A stretch of 60,433 nucleotides of DNA, counting the filler, from Phoronis australis (Eukaryota; Animalia; Phoronida), in NCBI GenBank assembly GCA_002633005.1. It is 4 parts of 4 records of this genome, joined end to end, with 100 filler letters (N's around TTAATTAATTAA, not from the genome) between each part and the next. Parts side by side here need not be neighbours in the genome. Positions count along the whole stretch, not along the records: positions 1 to 13,886 come from NMRA01000904.1; positions 13,987 to 26,384 come from NMRA01001269.1; 2 more parts are not named here. One strand, 5' to 3'. The position numbers and the translations under genes were made by a program. Positions 12,538 through 25,707 of this stretch are shown here, one piece after another. Every line of letters begins with the position of its first letter. The first letter of the stretch is position 1. The notes beneath the pieces were generated by a model. The model saw nothing but the letters and a program-made list of their open reading frames with translations, made no database searches and had not been told where the DNA came from.

Positions 12538-13192
12538 NNNNNNNNNNNNNNNNNNNNNNNNNNNNNNNNNNNNNNNNNNNNNNNNNNNNNNNNNNNNNNN
12601 NNNNNNNNNNNNNNNNNNNNNNNNNNNNNNNNNNNNNNNNNNNNNNNNNNNNNNNNNNNNNNNNNNNNNNNNNNNNNNNNNNNNNNNNNNNNNNNNNNNN
12701 NNNNNNNNNNNNNNNNNNNNNNNNNNNNNNNNNNNNNNNNNNNNNNNNNNNNNNNNNNNNNNNNNNNNNNNNNNNNNNNNNNNNNNNNNNNNNNNNNNNN
12801 NNNNNNNNNNNNNNNNNNNNNNNNNNNNNNNNNNNNNNNNNNNNNNNNNNNNNNNNNNNNNNNNNNNNNNNNNNNNNNNNNNNNNNNNNNNNNNNNNNNN
12901 NNNNNNNNNNNNNNNNNNNNNNNNNNNNNNNNNNNNNNNNNNNNNNNNNNNNNNNNNNNNNNNNNNNNNNNNNNNNNNNNNNNNNNNNNNNNNNNNNNNN
13001 NNNNNNNNNNNNNNNNNNNNNNNNNNNNNNNNNNNNNNNNNNNNNNNNNNNNNNNNNNNNNNNNNNNNNNNNNNNNNNNNNNNNNNNNNNNNNNNNNNNN
13101 NNNNNNNNNNNNNNNNNNNNNNNNNNNNNNNNNNNNNNNNNNNNNNNNNNNNNNNNNNNNNNNNNNNNNNNNNNNNNNNNNNNNNNNNNNNN
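12538..13192. other. Assembly gap (N run)
   Basis: 655 Ns. Confidence 0.99.
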
Positions 13193-13886
13193 AAGCCATA
13201 ACGCACCTTTCCTGAAATTGACTTTATAATAGTTTGTTTAGTCATTCCTAACCTGTTCATAATCTAAAATAAAAAATCTTGCCTCTAATGTAGTTTATGC
13301 GTACGAAGCATTACACGAACTGCACTTCGTCCTTTTGCATGTTCTCAGTTGCCCCCGCTGCCAATAGAGGGCTCTTGGAACATATAATTAGCTTGCGAAA
13401 CACGACATAAAAACCTTGTATTTTGGAGAAAAGGCTGACAGCATTATTAATTACCATTCTCTGAAAACGGCATTGATAATTATTGCTTATTACAAAAAAT
13501 ATGTAACGTAAATCAACTGTCATGCGTGGTTCTAAATGAGTAGATGGCGCTGCTTTTGTTTGCGTAGAGACTGAAGACGCATCTAGAATAAGAGCAGTAA
13601 CACGAGGACCTTGCTATAATTCAAGCGAGATATTGCCCTGCATTTTAAATGAGAACACGTGGTTTTGGATAAATTTTAGAGAGGTTCTAGTGTTACTGAA
13701 CTCACCCCTGCCTTGTTTTCTATCTGCCTTGTTGGTGCCACAGGCAAAGGAAGGCACCCAAGGTGGACATGGCCCCCTAGTGTTCAGTGCAAAAAATCCT
13801 TCAACTTGTTAATAGTCATTGTAACTTTGGGTTCATATTGTAATGTCCCTGCTGGTTTCTACAAATTTTAGTCGCCACCAGTCGCC

Positions 13887-13986
13887 NNNNNNNNNNNNNN
13901 NNNNNNNNNNNNNNNNNNNNNNNNNNNNNNTTAATTAATTAANNNNNNNNNNNNNNNNNNNNNNNNNNNNNNNNNNNNNNNNNNNN
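13887..13986. other. Artificial scaffold linker N44-TTAATTAATTAA-N44
   Basis: Identical 100-bp cassette with six-frame stops occurs three times. Confidence 0.97.
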
Positions 13987-16900
13987 TTAAAGTCCTTCTC
14001 TCACGCGTTGTTAACCCTTATTACATGGTTAGAGGATGTTATAAGGATCCAAGAAGTACCTACCCCATAACTAATACACGATCCGTACTCGAAAAAAAGT
14101 TTAAATGAACGCGCCACTCACGATTCGCACCCGAAGAACGACCGCCATTTTGAACTTGCCGCGAACCCGGAAGTACAATTCATTCAGGAACCCAGGCTAA
14201 GAAAACGCCGTCAGCGTGAGTGCCTGTTACCAGCCTGCAAACGGGGATAAAGTAATCGACAGCGCGCCTTAATTTTAATAAAATCAAAATACGGACAATT
14301 TTATCGAATTTGCTGAAGAAAAGTGGCGAATAAATTTTGACAGAAATTATTTTGCCAGACTCGGGACCGCAGCCTATCGGACCCGGTGCCGATCGAGACC
14401 AGACACTGGCGAACCGTAAACGCATGCGGTTGCAAGCTGTTTTGTCGAAGTAAAATGTTCAAATCATAAATGCTGCATATATTCAAGGGTAGTTTCAGAC
14501 ACTTGCATGAAATTACGGGCTGGTTAGTACATCTTATATTTTTGCACAAAAAACACGAAAATGGAACAAAGTTTCTTTTTTGTAGCAACGTTTGTCAAAA
14601 TGTATCAACGTTAAATCTTCACAAATTACAAAGTAGCCGATTGAACATGCCTTTCAGTTCAGCAAAAGTCGCCTTGTTGTCGGTGCCGCCAGAAATGAGA
14701 CGAAGTTCAACAGGAATTTTGAGCACATTTATCACTTAATGAGTAACAACTGCGAGGCTGAAATTTGGTGAACACTGTTAAATCGTGCAGAATAGTAAGT
14801 AAACATATGTCTAAATAAATTTCTCTGTAATTTGTTGGCGAAAACAAATTTTTGAACTCGTAACTTATCCCGCTGTCCTCCAATATGGCCGACGCGATCA
14901 AAGTGACCCAAATTTCGCCACAAAACTTGCAATAACTTTACACTGCTTGCCCCGATTTTGATACTTGTTCGATTTTTACTGAGTAGAATGCACTACTTTT
15001 CCGATGTTAGCAAAGTACTTTTTCAAAACGAGAAAAAAATTGGTTCGACTCATATTGGTTCCTAGGTTCGACCGGCCTACGTAAGGAACTAAACACCAAT
15101 GCTATTTTAACATACTAAGTACGCGTAACATTCCAAAAAAAAATCAACGACCACTAACTACAAACTATATATACAGTACATATGCAAACGAATCACGAGA
15201 TATTACCAATAAAACAAAATAATGAAGACTTTTCGAGCAAGCCATAGCAGATTCAGTTACAAGGAAAAAATGGCGGCGTTCAGGACAAGTTCCTGAACTG
15301 ATGAGCCGGAAATGTGGGTACGGAAATAACCGATGACAACCGGTAATCATACGCTCAGAGAGAAGGGTCAAATAATGTTCAAAAATCGCTTTTGGCATGA
15401 AAGTTCGAAAAGAATATCAAGAAAGGGTGTCGAAAATAACTTAAAGATTTTATGTAGTAAGTATTTTCGGATACTGGAACCACATGGGCAGTTTGAGAGA
15501 AGGACTTTAAAAACAAGTTCCAATTTTTTCGCGAACTCGTGCTAGCAAATGCGTACCAGGGTCACCATAGGATCGAATTCGAACCCTTGGAACCGTAACT
15601 CGGGCGGGGGATAGAAGGGTCTTGGTCAATTTGACCTTATGAAAAGCGACGATCTGCAGATTAGTTCAGTCTTTGACCACCAGGTGACTCCTTCAATTCA
15701 ACACGGCGGTATTACTACCGCGTACCGGGAAATAGTGCGAGCAGAAATTTCACGATGAAATATGAAGGGAACGGGGTAGGAAAAATTTCTGTGTATTTTT
15801 GGAAGGAATCGAACAATACCAAAATCATTTGTGCAAGTCAATGTCGTCATATTGTAAACAATTACCTAGCTTTGACACAGTGTTGATCGCTAGTAGTTGT
15901 AAATCACAATTACGATCCGCCGTATTCGCCGGCCAAAAGTGAAAAATGAAGGTTGTCATTTAACTCTAAAAGCTGGGTTAATTTAATGTACCATCATTCC
16001 AGGTTTGTAATCTAAAATATTTTTGCACAAGAACTACCAAACAAAATTTTATTGCCCGATGCATTACACAAAAGGGTATGAATACTCACTACCATGACAG
16101 CGTTTTCCCCTTCAGTGACCAGACAAAGGGGGTTCTGAGCGTGTGATAACATCTAGCTTCATTATTAACTGCCAAGCGCAATCTTTCGTCTGTTATGACA
16201 ACAGGCACGCCAATTATCTACCAGGCTTATTACAGACCACGTGTGAACACCGTCAAACTCGGGAATGAATTGGTACACTCATTCGGAAAGAATAGATTTT
16301 ATGATCGGAAGAGGGTGGGAAAATTGAATGAGTTTTTGACGTACGACAATGTGGCCGGAACAAAGTGAATTGAAAGCGAGGTTACAATAACAAAGTAAAA
16401 CGCCCCTAAAGACACGTGACAATCATCAGCCTATAAGAGCCAAGAGCTGACCAAACTCGAGGCACGTGATAACAACAGACCAATGCGAAGGCTGGAAAAA
16501 CGTCGTGTAGTCCTGCACGAGGGAATAATGGAATAGACCAAGATGAGGGGGAAAAGGATTAAGGCGAGTCCATATGCTCACATAAATATATTTAACGAGT
16601 GAAATACCATATCGTAACTTCGGTTGCAGTTGGGCGATTTTGGCGGTTGAAAAACTAAACATGGTAACCATTTGACGAGGATTTCAGAAATGCTATTGGT
16701 TTATGTCCAAATATGTTATAATTTAACTTTTATAAATACGCACACTCAATCAAAATCAAATTTTAATTGAGTCACAAATGTCTCGGATATTCATGAGTTT
16801 TGTGGTGTCACTACATTTGGTTCGTGCAAGTTATCTTTAGAAGTAGAGCGACATCAGTTGTCACATGACATGTCTTCTAGGATGTTACTGGTCAAGTCCT

Positions 16901-19340
16901 GTGTGGCATTCTATTACCCACAAATTTGACAATGTCCTTTGTTTTTTGTCTGAGTGGATACATACGCGCACCCTGGGGGGAGGGGCTCGATCGCCTTTTT
17001 GTTACGAAAAGATACACAACCGCAAGAATTCGAGCCCCCATATTGAAGGCTGGTGCGCGCATGGGATATCCAGTATTGTTCATGAGAACAGCAGTATGTA
17101 TAAGTTCTTGTAGGCAACATTTTGTTTCATAGAGGTTGAGGGTACGTACACTATAAAGGTGTACATACACTACATTTTTATGACATGTCGGGTTTTTTAC
17201 TAAAACCATAGAATCTAATGAGAGTTAGTTTATTTACCAACTGTATTCTAAAAGAACAAACAAAAAGTACAGCATTCATGTGCATTATCGGCCATTCTTT
17301 GAAAATAGGCACATGTTAAAATACAAGGGTACGAACACTACACAATGATATAATATTTCACTCAAAACAAAAGTATTTGTAATGAACAGCCTTTTAACCT
17401 AACATTTTTAAGGAAGGAAACTGCCTGCGACCAAGCTCACTTTTCAAGTAATATATTAGTTTCAAGGTACTTGTTAACATGGGGGTACTTACACTACAAA
17501 AAGAGGTACCTGCACTACATCATTGTTTCTGCATCACATGTATGATGGTAACATTATGCTGTGATTGCAAATAAAATCATTGCTTTTTAAATAACAACTT
17601 GGTGCTTATTATCACAACTTTATCTAAGTGATTCTTTAAGTGACTTGAGTTATTCCTAGTCATGTCAAAACAATTGCTTACTTAATAAAGTAAATTTCTT
17701 TCCTACTGCTGACACGTTAAAATTGGAATTTTTTAAATGCCTACTCGTAACGCTAAAAATGCATGAAATTCAGAGACAAAAAATGAATTTCTTACACACG
17801 TTCCGATTTCGATAATTCTTTTATTATTTTGCGCAAATAAATAACCCTTTGGGTATCAGATTCAGTTGGCATTTGAGAAGTGACCAGAAAAATTTATTTT
17901 AGCCCATAACACAGCCAAGAAACTACTTCTTAGCGTATTTGCCATTCCAGTTTCAAAGCAATGTGTTCAACTTCCTTCTGGCTTCTTGTTGGACCCAATC
18001 CTGGCACACTGATAGATCTGTCAAACTCATTGCTTTGGTCACTTGGTTGTTGAAACTGACCCGATGTAAAAACTTCATGGGCTGAACTGATGTCAGCAAC
18101 AATAACGAACTGTCAGTTCTTTGCTTGGCTTCACAAGAAATCACATATCTAGTTGCCAGGTCCCTTTTCAACCCTTCATATATCCTACAAAAATGATAAC
18201 ACATGGATGATAGATACCTCAATTGATTCGTCACTGTCCACTATTTAGTCTTATGATACAATTGCCTTGATTCAAGCTTTCATTATTCCAAAAATTTGCA
18301 AACAAACTTGTGATAAGTGAGCGTTTTATCTGAGACCCAGATGGCCCACCTTTTATCCAGAAGTCCCGATTTTCAGTCCGGTTTTCCTGTTTTTTAATCT
18401 TAAATGTTGGCTGTAATAACTATAGAACAGACTTCAAAATAGCATCGACTTCTTATGAGTATTGTCCATATAAGTGTGCTCCTGTGGCTCTAGATGTACC
18501 AGGTTCATTATTTTTTATTCTATTGAAAGTCCTACACTGCAACCAATGTGATGAGCTCAGCTATCCACAGTACATTTCAAAGCTACGTGACAGACGTTTG
18601 CACTTCTTATCTCCAAAAAGCTATTTGCAAATTTCAAATAGTTAAAATAATTAGTTTATCCCAGTTTTTGTAATGTCATGAATTTTTGCTGAAGAATGTT
18701 ATTGTATCAAACGGCATCAAAGGTCCAATCAATATAAAAAGACATATAATTTTGGATGATTGCCTGCAACTATATGAGATCCATGTTCTAAACCCTTATT
18801 CTTTGATAGATTAGAAATCATTTGAACAAATAGAAATATTTCCCTGCTTGTTAAATCTAGTCATAGCCTTTCTGGTATTCACATTTTGGTATTACTTTTG
18901 GTTTTTAGTCAGGTATGTAAAATGTTAACTATTTATGAATGAAATTATTTTTATCTTTTGCTTCAGGAAAAATCATACATTATCAAGATATGATAAAGCG
19001 TGTTCTGATATGACTCTTATGTAATTCAGTTCAAAATAGGTGAAGTTGTGAATAGTTTTATTGACAGTGAATGAAAGCATGGGCAGTGCATCCTTGAAGT
19101 TGGCATTCCAGGGATCAATTTTTTTGTTTTTTGTTTGTAAATGTTTTCTATTCCATTTCCAGGTAGCAGAATTGTTCAAATTAATGTGAAATGTCATGGA
19201 TATGTGCAGTTTAAACATGAAAGCTTCTTGCTTTTATAATATTCAGTGAGTTATTTGTGACATCACATCAAAACTGAAATGCTCTCCCTATGAGCCAGTG
19301 GTAAAAATATCAGCATGCTCAAAATACCGTAAAATAACAC

Positions 19341-20232
19341 TGTCAGACGATAGTCTGTGTGGGTTTGTTTAAAAGGTAGCTATGCTTTGAAGTTGTGCGA
19401 AGAGTGAATAATCAAATCCAGTAATTAATTTATTATATGATAACCCCTAATTAGACAAATGAAACCTATTGTTAATTAAGTAATCAACTACAAAGAGAAA
19501 CTACGCTAGCGCCCTCTTTAAAGATTACTTTAATCAAACAACCAAACGATCAAATGTCTTATCTGCTATCCAAGCTAGGACTCTCCACTTGTTGGATGTC
19601 TGTCCTGTTGGTGAATCTTCGAACTACACACACTGTATAGCGACAGTGTACTTGCTGGTCACCGTCTCTGGTGATTCAACACTTGCAGGCAATTTCTTCT
19701 ACCCGCGACTCTTCTTGCTGGTCACAGTCTCTGGCTGATGACGCAACACTTCAGGTAGTATCTTACTACCCACTATGCAAGTGACAAGCTCTTAGTTAAC
19801 TTCCGGTTCGTTAACCCTTGCCCTTGCCAAGATGCTTTCTAGAATCTTCCACGAGATGGCTCTGTCGTACAACTGCTTCTGTACACTGTAGCAAGTCTTA
19901 ATGCTTCAACTACTTTAGCACATCTGACTATCTTGCTGATTTCAGCCCATAATATAACATTCTACTTATTTAGTGATTGGCTAATAAAAACCACATGATC
20001 ATATTCACTCGTATTATTGGCTGTTACAATTTGTTCTCAGAATATTCTAGAATCTCTAGAGTACTTTGACACCAGAACCCAAAGTTGTAAACACCATCTA
20101 AAAATAGATTTTGATGTTAAAATACATGTCAACAAGTCTGACCCCATGATTTAAAAGTACATATGCACAAATTTTGGGCAACTTAAAATGGATCTATTCT
20201 TACAAATTACTTAATCAATATTTATTCTGACA
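19341..20232 (-). mobile_element. Solo LTR (892 bp)
   Basis: Termini TGTCAGA...TCTGACA, perfect 5-bp TSD AACAC (19336-40 and 20233-37). Minus-strand CCAAT boxes near 19975-20020 and AATAAA near 19430. Confidence 0.8.
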
Positions 20233-20431
20233 AACACTGGGTTTTTCCCATTTGCTGGGCATTTATGAGATCAGACTGAATATGGAAGCAACTGTATGTT
20301 ATTGCTTATTTACTTGCATTATAATATAGTACAATTGTACACTGTAGTATTGAAGATGAAATATTCATTGTAGTCCTGAAGTTCTGTATTCTGAATGTGT
20401 CTTTAAATTTTGCTTTTCTGCCAGTGGTCTC

Positions 20432-22242
20432 TATTGTTACTCTGCGCGTGTAAGCGCAGAGTACTGTTGTTCCTGGGTTTTCTTCAATTTTATTCTTATT
20501 ACTCTGCGCGTGTAAGCGCAGAGTACTGTTGTTCCTGGGTTTTCTTCAATTTTATTACTCTGCGCGTGTAAGCGCAGAGTCCTGTTGTTCCTCGGTTTTC
20601 TTCAATTTTATTCTTATTCTTCTTATTCTTATTCTTCTTCCGACCAACTTTGAGGCTTAATAACTCCAAATTGGGTGCAGGTACGGTCTTTAAATTCAGC
20701 ATATGACTTTTGACAGTATATAAATTTTGATTGGTTATATAATCATATTCCATATTGCACCGGAAGAGGTCGTTTGGTGAAAAGGTCATATAATTTTCAA
20801 AATGCTACTCCTCCTTCAGTTTTAAAGCTATTTTTTTCAAATTCGGTGCACAGGTATAAGTCTACATGATAATTTAAAAAATTACTTTTCTAAGTAATCG
20901 GGTCATCCAATCAGCTGAAATAGGTCAAAGGTCATTAGGTGCAAACTAAAATTTTGAGCTAGACACTTCAAATTGACAGGTCTGATTGCCACAGGTAAAT
21001 CAAATCGGAATCCAAAGTTTCAGGTCATTTAGTGCAAACATGGGGTCATTAGGTGCATTTTTCTTCTGAAAATTTGACCTTTTCAATCAGCAAGTTTTCT
21101 GATGTGTCAACCGTCAGACAACTGTGATTCTCAGCGTTAAACACATTTTCCATGGGCTTTGCAATAATTTTACTAAAGATGCTTAAAATGCACCGGATAA
21201 GGTCAATTAGTGCAAAGGTCATGTAACGTTCAAAATGTTATATCTCTTACGTTTTTCAAAGAATTCTTTTCAATTTCAGCACACCGGTATAAGTCAACAT
21301 GACAATTAAAAAAAATTACTTTTCTAAGCAATTGGGTCATCCAATCAGGTTAAACAGGTCAAAGGTCATTAGGTGCAAACTAAAATTTTGAGCTAGACAC
21401 TTCAAATTCACAGTTCTGATTGGCACAGACAATTCAATTTGGAATCGAAAGTTTCAGGTCATTTAGTGCAAACATGGGGTCATTAGGTGCATTTTTTCTT
21501 CTGAAAATTTGACCTTTTCTTTCTCCAAGTACACTGATGTGTCAACCGTTAGACAACTGTGATTCTCAGCATTAAACACATTTTTCATGGGCTTTGCAAT
21601 AATTCTCCTGAAGACGCTTATAATGCACCGGATAGGGTCAATTAGTGCAAAGGTCAGTTATTGTTCAAAATGTTAAATCTCTTACATTTTTCAAGGAATT
21701 CTTTTCAATTTCAGCACACTAGTGTATGTCAACATGCCAATTGAACAACCTACTTAACTACGCAATAGGCCTAACCAATCAGAAAAATAGGTCAAAGGTC
21801 ATTGAGTGCAAAATTAAAATTTTGAGCTAGAGACTTCAAAATTACATATCTGTTTCCTAAACGCGATTGGGTTTGAATTCTAAATTTTTGGGTCATTTGG
21901 TGCATCCATGGGGTCATTAGGTGCATTTTTCTTCTGAAAGTTTAACCAATTCATTCATGTTGTGTTCTTAAGTGCTTAAAGCAAAACATCTGTGATTCTT
22001 AGCATTAACTTTACTTTAAATTGGTTGTACAATTATTCCCTCACTGGGGTTCATAATGCACTGGAAGAGGTCAGTTAGTGGAAAGGTCATCAAAATATTA
22101 ACATGAAATTACTCCTACAATTTTAAAGAATTTCTTTTCATATTGGTAAACGGGGTTGCTGTCAGTAACTTCCCATAACAATTCCTATAATACGCACGCG
22201 CAGAGTCCATTATTGTCACGCCGTGACAATAATCTTTCTAGT
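20432..22242 (+). mobile_element. Helentron-associated non-autonomous element (HINE/DINE-1-like) with internal ~434-bp tandem repeats
   Basis: 5' subTIR ACTCTGCGCGTG with hairpin partner GCGCAGAGT, then a (TTCTTA)n microsatellite and three ~434-bp core repeats. The 3' end has subTIR CACGCGCAGAGT (22195), palindrome ATTATTGTCACG-C-CGTGACAATAAT and a CTAGT end. Confidence 0.85.
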
Positions 22243-22582
22243 TCTTCTTATTCTTCTTCCGACCAACTTTGAGGCTTAATAACTCCAAATTGGGTACAGG
22301 TACGGTCTTTAAATTCAGCATATGACGTTTGACAGTATATAAATTTTGATTGATTATATAATCATATTCCATAATGCACCGGAAGAGGTCGTTTGGTGCA
22401 AAGGTCATATAATTTTCAAAATGTTACTCCTTCAGTTTTAAAGCTATATTTTTCAAATTCGGTGCACAGGTATAAGTCAACATGAAAATTTAAAAAATTA
22501 CTTTTCTAAGTTATCAGGTCATCCAGTAATACGCACGCGCAGAGTCCGTTATTGTCACGCCGTGACAATAATCTTTCTAGTT
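22243..22582 (+). mobile_element. Second, internally deleted head-to-tail copy of the same HINE
   Basis: Repeats ~20625-20910 almost exactly, then jumps to the same 3' subTIR, palindrome and CTAG end. Confidence 0.85.
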
Positions 22583-22938
22583 TCCACTGTTGTTTTTCTT
22601 TTACTGTATTGAATGTGGTTGTTTGTTTGCCAAAGTAACTGACTGCTTTTCTTTGATAATATGAGAATATGATTAAAAGACTTTGTTCCTGTTCCTTTAG
22701 CTAATACAAAGGTTATTTAGTGCCAAATAATGTACTCATGAGAGATATCTAATGTAACATTTCCATTTTCTATGGGCTAGCCTTCAAAATACACACTTGA
22801 ACTAGAAAATCTAGACAAAAATGTTTTGACTTGGTGTCTAGGCATGTATCTGGATGTATGTTTTATTGAAGCCTTTGTGATCCCAAGTTACGCCATTTAT
22901 GTGCCACGAAAAGGGCAAAAATAGTTAATAGAAAAATA

Positions 22939-23180
22939 AATCCTAATTCGTAAAAATCTTTACCTGTTTCTGAAATCAAACCTACTTACTCATGAAAATG
23001 AAACCTATTTCGAAAAACAAACCTGACTCGTAAAAATCAAGCCTGTTCTGAAACTGAAATCGCACCTAACTCGTAAAAACCAAGCCCGTTTCGAAAATCA
23101 AATCTAACTCGTAAATATCTAGCCTGTTTTGAAAGCCCAACTCGTAAAAATAAAGCCTCCCTTGAAAACCAAGCCTGTTG
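22939..23180. repeat. Degenerate ~37-bp tandem repeat
   Basis: Recurrent cctaactcgtaaaaatcaagcctgtttcgaaa units. Confidence 0.75.
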
Positions 23181-23239
23181 GTGGAAACAGGAACTACCAA
23201 AGTGCGTGCAAGGGCAAAATTATTTACTAGGGGTTTAAT

Positions 23240-23314
23240 CTCGCTGGTTCCCTGCGTGCCTTGCCAGCATGTGCTGGCTATCGACCACCTAGCGGCACGC
23301 AGGGAACCAGCGAG
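23240..23314. mobile_element. 75-bp hairpin mini-element with 9-bp target-site duplication
   Basis: Perfect 21-bp inverted arms CTCGCTGGTTCCCTGCGTGCC / GGCACGCAGGGAACCAGCGAG, flanked on both sides by GGGTTTAAT. Confidence 0.85.
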
Positions 23315-24828
23315 GGGTTTAATTTATATTGCGCAAGCGTGATTTTACGTTGGATTCAACTAAACCACAGGGAAGTTAAAACGACGATTTGTCGTACGTT
23401 TCGCACGCTAATTACGTCATATCCATAACTATCAATCGAGTGTGGCCACAGCGCCGGAAATATCGGTGGTCGTGCAATAAGCGGATACGGAGATTGGGGA
23501 TCGAGCTATGTAGTGGGGAGTGGGTGGCAGGGTGTGGGGGAGGGGTGGGGATGTGAGGGGGTGTTGGGACTCATCTAATGTCGTTTTGTCATTTTGCCCA
23601 CTGGGACAAATATTGTCTTCTCACGAACGGCAAACGAATTCAAGTTCGCGCGAGAGAACAAATATTATTGTCTTTCGCTCCCGAACGCAAAGTTCTTGCG
23701 AACGCGAATGAATTTACCATTCGCAAAACGACAAAAATATCCTAATACAAAACTTCCACTTCAAGTAGTTTAAAAGTCACTAAGCTTGTTATGGCTCGTG
23801 AATGGTCGTGCAATANCGATTGGTGAAGACGGTGCGAGCAGTGGGGCCGACGTCAAAAAACGACGTTGCGACGTTGTGCAAATTTAATTCCGTGGGTATA
23901 CACGTCGGTTAGCGTTTAGCCGCAACATCACAGAGTTTTCAGCCACCTGTTCGCCGTGCCTGTTCTATAATGAGGATAGACGAAACACATGCAATCACAG
24001 TCGTATCATGATAAACAGGGTATGTATATTCAACCAGAAAATGATGTTGACAGCAGTAGAGTACACGTGTCCTCTTTTACCGTTTAATTTTGCCATGTTG
24101 TCAGAAAGTCGGGGCTTCTGACTGTAAACGAAAAAAGAAATCATGAAAGAAAGTATATATGAGTGGCATAAAAAATATTTCATAGACAGGCTTTGAATAT
24201 GCAAATTCCGAGCAACCGCCATGTAGTGCATAGGAGATTTATGGGGGGGGGGGGGGCGGGGGCCCTTCNGTCACAGCGCGAAGCGTGAGGAAATATTGAC
24301 TTCAGTAACCTGGACCGGGAGCGGATTTGGGGGGTTGGCGGAATCGTGTTCCCGTTTTTTTATTTCTTTAGTCCACCGATCTGGTAACACGTGACGTAGC
24401 CCTTTTTGGTTGGCCGGTAAATTCATTGCTACGGCCACGCTTCTTAAAAACGTTCCTTGCACACGGTTTTTATTAATTTTAAGTTGAAAATATCAAGAAT
24501 GTCTATCATAAAATTGACAAAAACCGTGTTTACAGTAGTTGCAGTTTTGCGTTCGGGCTTGACGTATTTTGAGTTGAGAACGATTAAATTTACTTATATT
24601 TGACCGTAAAGAACCTCATCTATTGTAGTGCAATAGGTGACCAACAGGTGTCACGCAATGCTAATGTTTATTGCGTTCATAATTCCAAAAATATTTTGAC
24701 TAGTTTGAGTCTTTTTTAATTTGAGTTTTTTTCAGGCTAAAAATCGTCAACAATATTTTTATTTCACGTTATGATTTAGTTTTAGCAAAACTTACGATCA
24801 TGTTGCGGTTACCAAAACAAGAGGTAAC

Positions 24829-24926
24829 CACAGGCGTTCAGCCTCTGATCGTCCCCAATACACTACATATAATACTATATGTAGTGTATTACTATTAGGG
24901 ACGATCAGAAGCTGAGGACGCCTGTG
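24829..24926. mobile_element. 98-bp foldback mini-element (CACAG termini)
   Basis: Arms cacaggcgttcagcctctgatcgtccccaatacactacatata / tatatgtagtgtatt..ggggacgatcagaagctgaggacgcctgtg. Flanks gaggtaac / caagtaac match at 6 of 8 positions. Confidence 0.75.
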
Positions 24927-25707
24927 CAAGTAACTAGCCTTGGTACAAAGCTGTATATAAATATACAGCTTTGCACCGATGTGGGTAAAGAAGTGGTAAG
25001 ATAAAATCTGACACAAAATTAGTGTCATTAAAAACTATAGTCTTCCTTGAGTATAAACAAAATTATTTAAGTGTTGACAAAAATGGCGTTCTACTGTTAT
25101 TCTGCTGCTAAAGTTGTGGAGCGATCTTTAGCGATGGCTTTCGGCGCCATGAAATTTTGCGTCACCTATTGGCCAGTTTCTTTTTTCGCCGATTCTTCAA
25201 TCAACTGCTGTTCTTTCACGAGCTTGCGTAAACATCACAACCAATTATTGGAACTGGTTTCACTTCATTATAATTTTTTAGAATTGCGATACCGAAAAGC
25301 CGAATTTCAGAACAAATTTTGCTTCTCCGAAGTTGTCGCGAAAATTTAGTAAATGGCGTGTGCGCGCGTGACACGAGCGTCATTGTTTTCGAAACGACGA
25401 CTTACTTTACATTGTTAGAAAAGGCAGAGAGTTACGCAAGAAAATGACGTTTATTGCATTGTTTTTCACTTAAACGGCTGTAACGGGCAAGGTGAGTATC
25501 GGTTGATTCCCAGATTTTGCATGCACCCCGTCCGGTCTTTAGCTTTACATTTTGATACAAGTTTCACGGCGCGGTGACGAGCAGAACTACCCTGGCTGTG
25601 TGCAATTTCGGGGTCTACAGAATAAATCATGACACCCTGTGGGACCTAGCTGTATTTTGACGACAGTCTTCATTCAGCTGGCTGGCTGCAGGCTACAAAA
25701 CAACCAG

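Noticed and set aside
12294-13260. Long 301-aa and 241-aa ORFs
   Set aside because: They are translations through the N gap.
13931-13942. TTAATTAATTAA as a biological motif (also at 26429 and 35981)
   Set aside because: Synthetic six-frame stop spacer embedded in Ns.
17953-18234. 93-aa minus-strand ORF with an apparent acceptor
   Set aside because: No recognisable domain and no phase-compatible neighbouring exons found.
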